NCBI RefSeq assembly: GCF_006345805.1
Contig: NC_043002.1
Coordinates: 93,620,001 to 93,684,000, forward strand
Length of the DNA stretch: 64,000 bases
DNA from: Octopus sinensis
Taxonomy: Eukaryota
Direction: 5' to 3'
Within the stretch, counting starts at the first letter, position 1. Each line of letters starts with the position of its first letter. The notes beneath the pieces are model-generated. The model saw only the letters and a program-made list of their open reading frames with translations, did no database searches and was not told the origin of the DNA. Below, one piece after another: positions 63,901 through 64,000 of the stretch. Made by a program: the position numbers and the translations under genes.

Positions 63901-64000
63901 AATCAATTGAACTGCAGAATATATATAGTATATTACTAATGTATTTTTTTTTGTTAAGCTCAGGAGGATAAAAGGTAAACTCAACACATGGGATTTGAAT

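Overview
AT-rich, repeat-saturated eukaryotic genomic DNA, most likely from an octopus/cephalopod. This is inferred from the dense (TA)n/(CA)n/(CAT)n microsatellites, tRNA-derived SINEs and RTE LINEs; it was not checked against a database. One host gene can be assembled by hand: a 3-exon plus-strand FkbM/Methyltransf_21-type SAM-dependent methyltransferase (7850-8364, 29224-29485, 37381-37545; 313 aa). It has an N-terminal membrane anchor, canonical GT-AG introns and consistent phases. The rest is mostly transposon material: a near-full-length and several truncated RTE LINEs with a PHD finger inserted in the RT region, a Penelope-like element (RT + GIY-YIG), Helitrons, Gypsy, mariner, CR1/L2 relics, piggyBac-type MITEs and several SINE families. 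The most interesting hidden layer is a set of Penelope-type minimal type I hammerhead ribozyme motifs in short non-coding repeats, often inside inverted repeats. They include canonical-core copies on the sense strand of the host introns, two U4C core variants, a G3:C8 compensatory-core variant, and a tRNA-headed (Pol III A/B box) SINE whose tail carries a hammerhead. All folds and alignments were done by eye; coordinates of degenerate repeats are approximate.
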